Assembly: GCF_006345805.1 (NCBI RefSeq)
Contig: NW_021829147.1
Location: forward strand, 1-6,932
Reading direction: 5' to 3'
DNA: 6,932 nt
Origin: Octopus sinensis
Lineage: Eukaryota
Shown here one piece after another: positions 6,901 to 6,932 of the stretch. The position numbers and the translations under genes are program-made. Numbering within the stretch: position 1 is the first letter of the stretch; each line of letters opens with the position of its first letter. The notes beneath the pieces were generated by a model. The model was not told where the DNA came from, ran no database searches, and saw nothing but the letters and a program-made list of their open reading frames with translations.

Positions 6901-6932
6901 ATCTTTCACGTGTTCTCCAGATTTCCATTGTT

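Noticed and set aside
454-6909. All remaining YI/HT/CV/YLSI/MYVC-rich ORFs
   Set aside because: They stay open because of dinucleotide and tetranucleotide repeats, and none has a recognisable domain.
1-6932. CRISPR array, tRNA/rRNA genes, telomeric repeat
   Set aside because: There is no repeat-spacer periodicity, cloverleaf or rRNA motif. (TACC)n is not the TTAGGG or TTAGG telomere unit.

Overview
AT-rich eukaryotic non-coding DNA, roughly half microsatellite (TA, CA, CATA, TATC, TACC, ACT). The SINE-like fragments resemble repeats I recall from Octopus genomes, but this is from memory, not a search. None of the supplied ORFs is a credible gene. The unique islands between microsatellites hold four separate hammerhead-ribozyme (HHR)-like modules. 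One is a near-intact type I HHR on the minus strand (1723-1794). Two are decayed type I HHRs (2051-2115 and 2556-2608). The fourth, at 5582-5645, has all three HHR strands but in a non-circularly permuted (pseudoknotted) order. Three of the four sit in inverted-repeat structures (1892-2136, 2385-2683, 5249-6055), which matches truncated Penelope-like retroelement (PLE) insertions with inverted pseudo-LTRs. Most modules abut (TA)n or other microsatellites. A GC-rich 9-mer (CTGAGCGCC on the minus strand) recurs in three otherwise unrelated element tails. A weak two-exon coding candidate lies at 4146-4402. All structures were paired by eye, without folding software or database searches.
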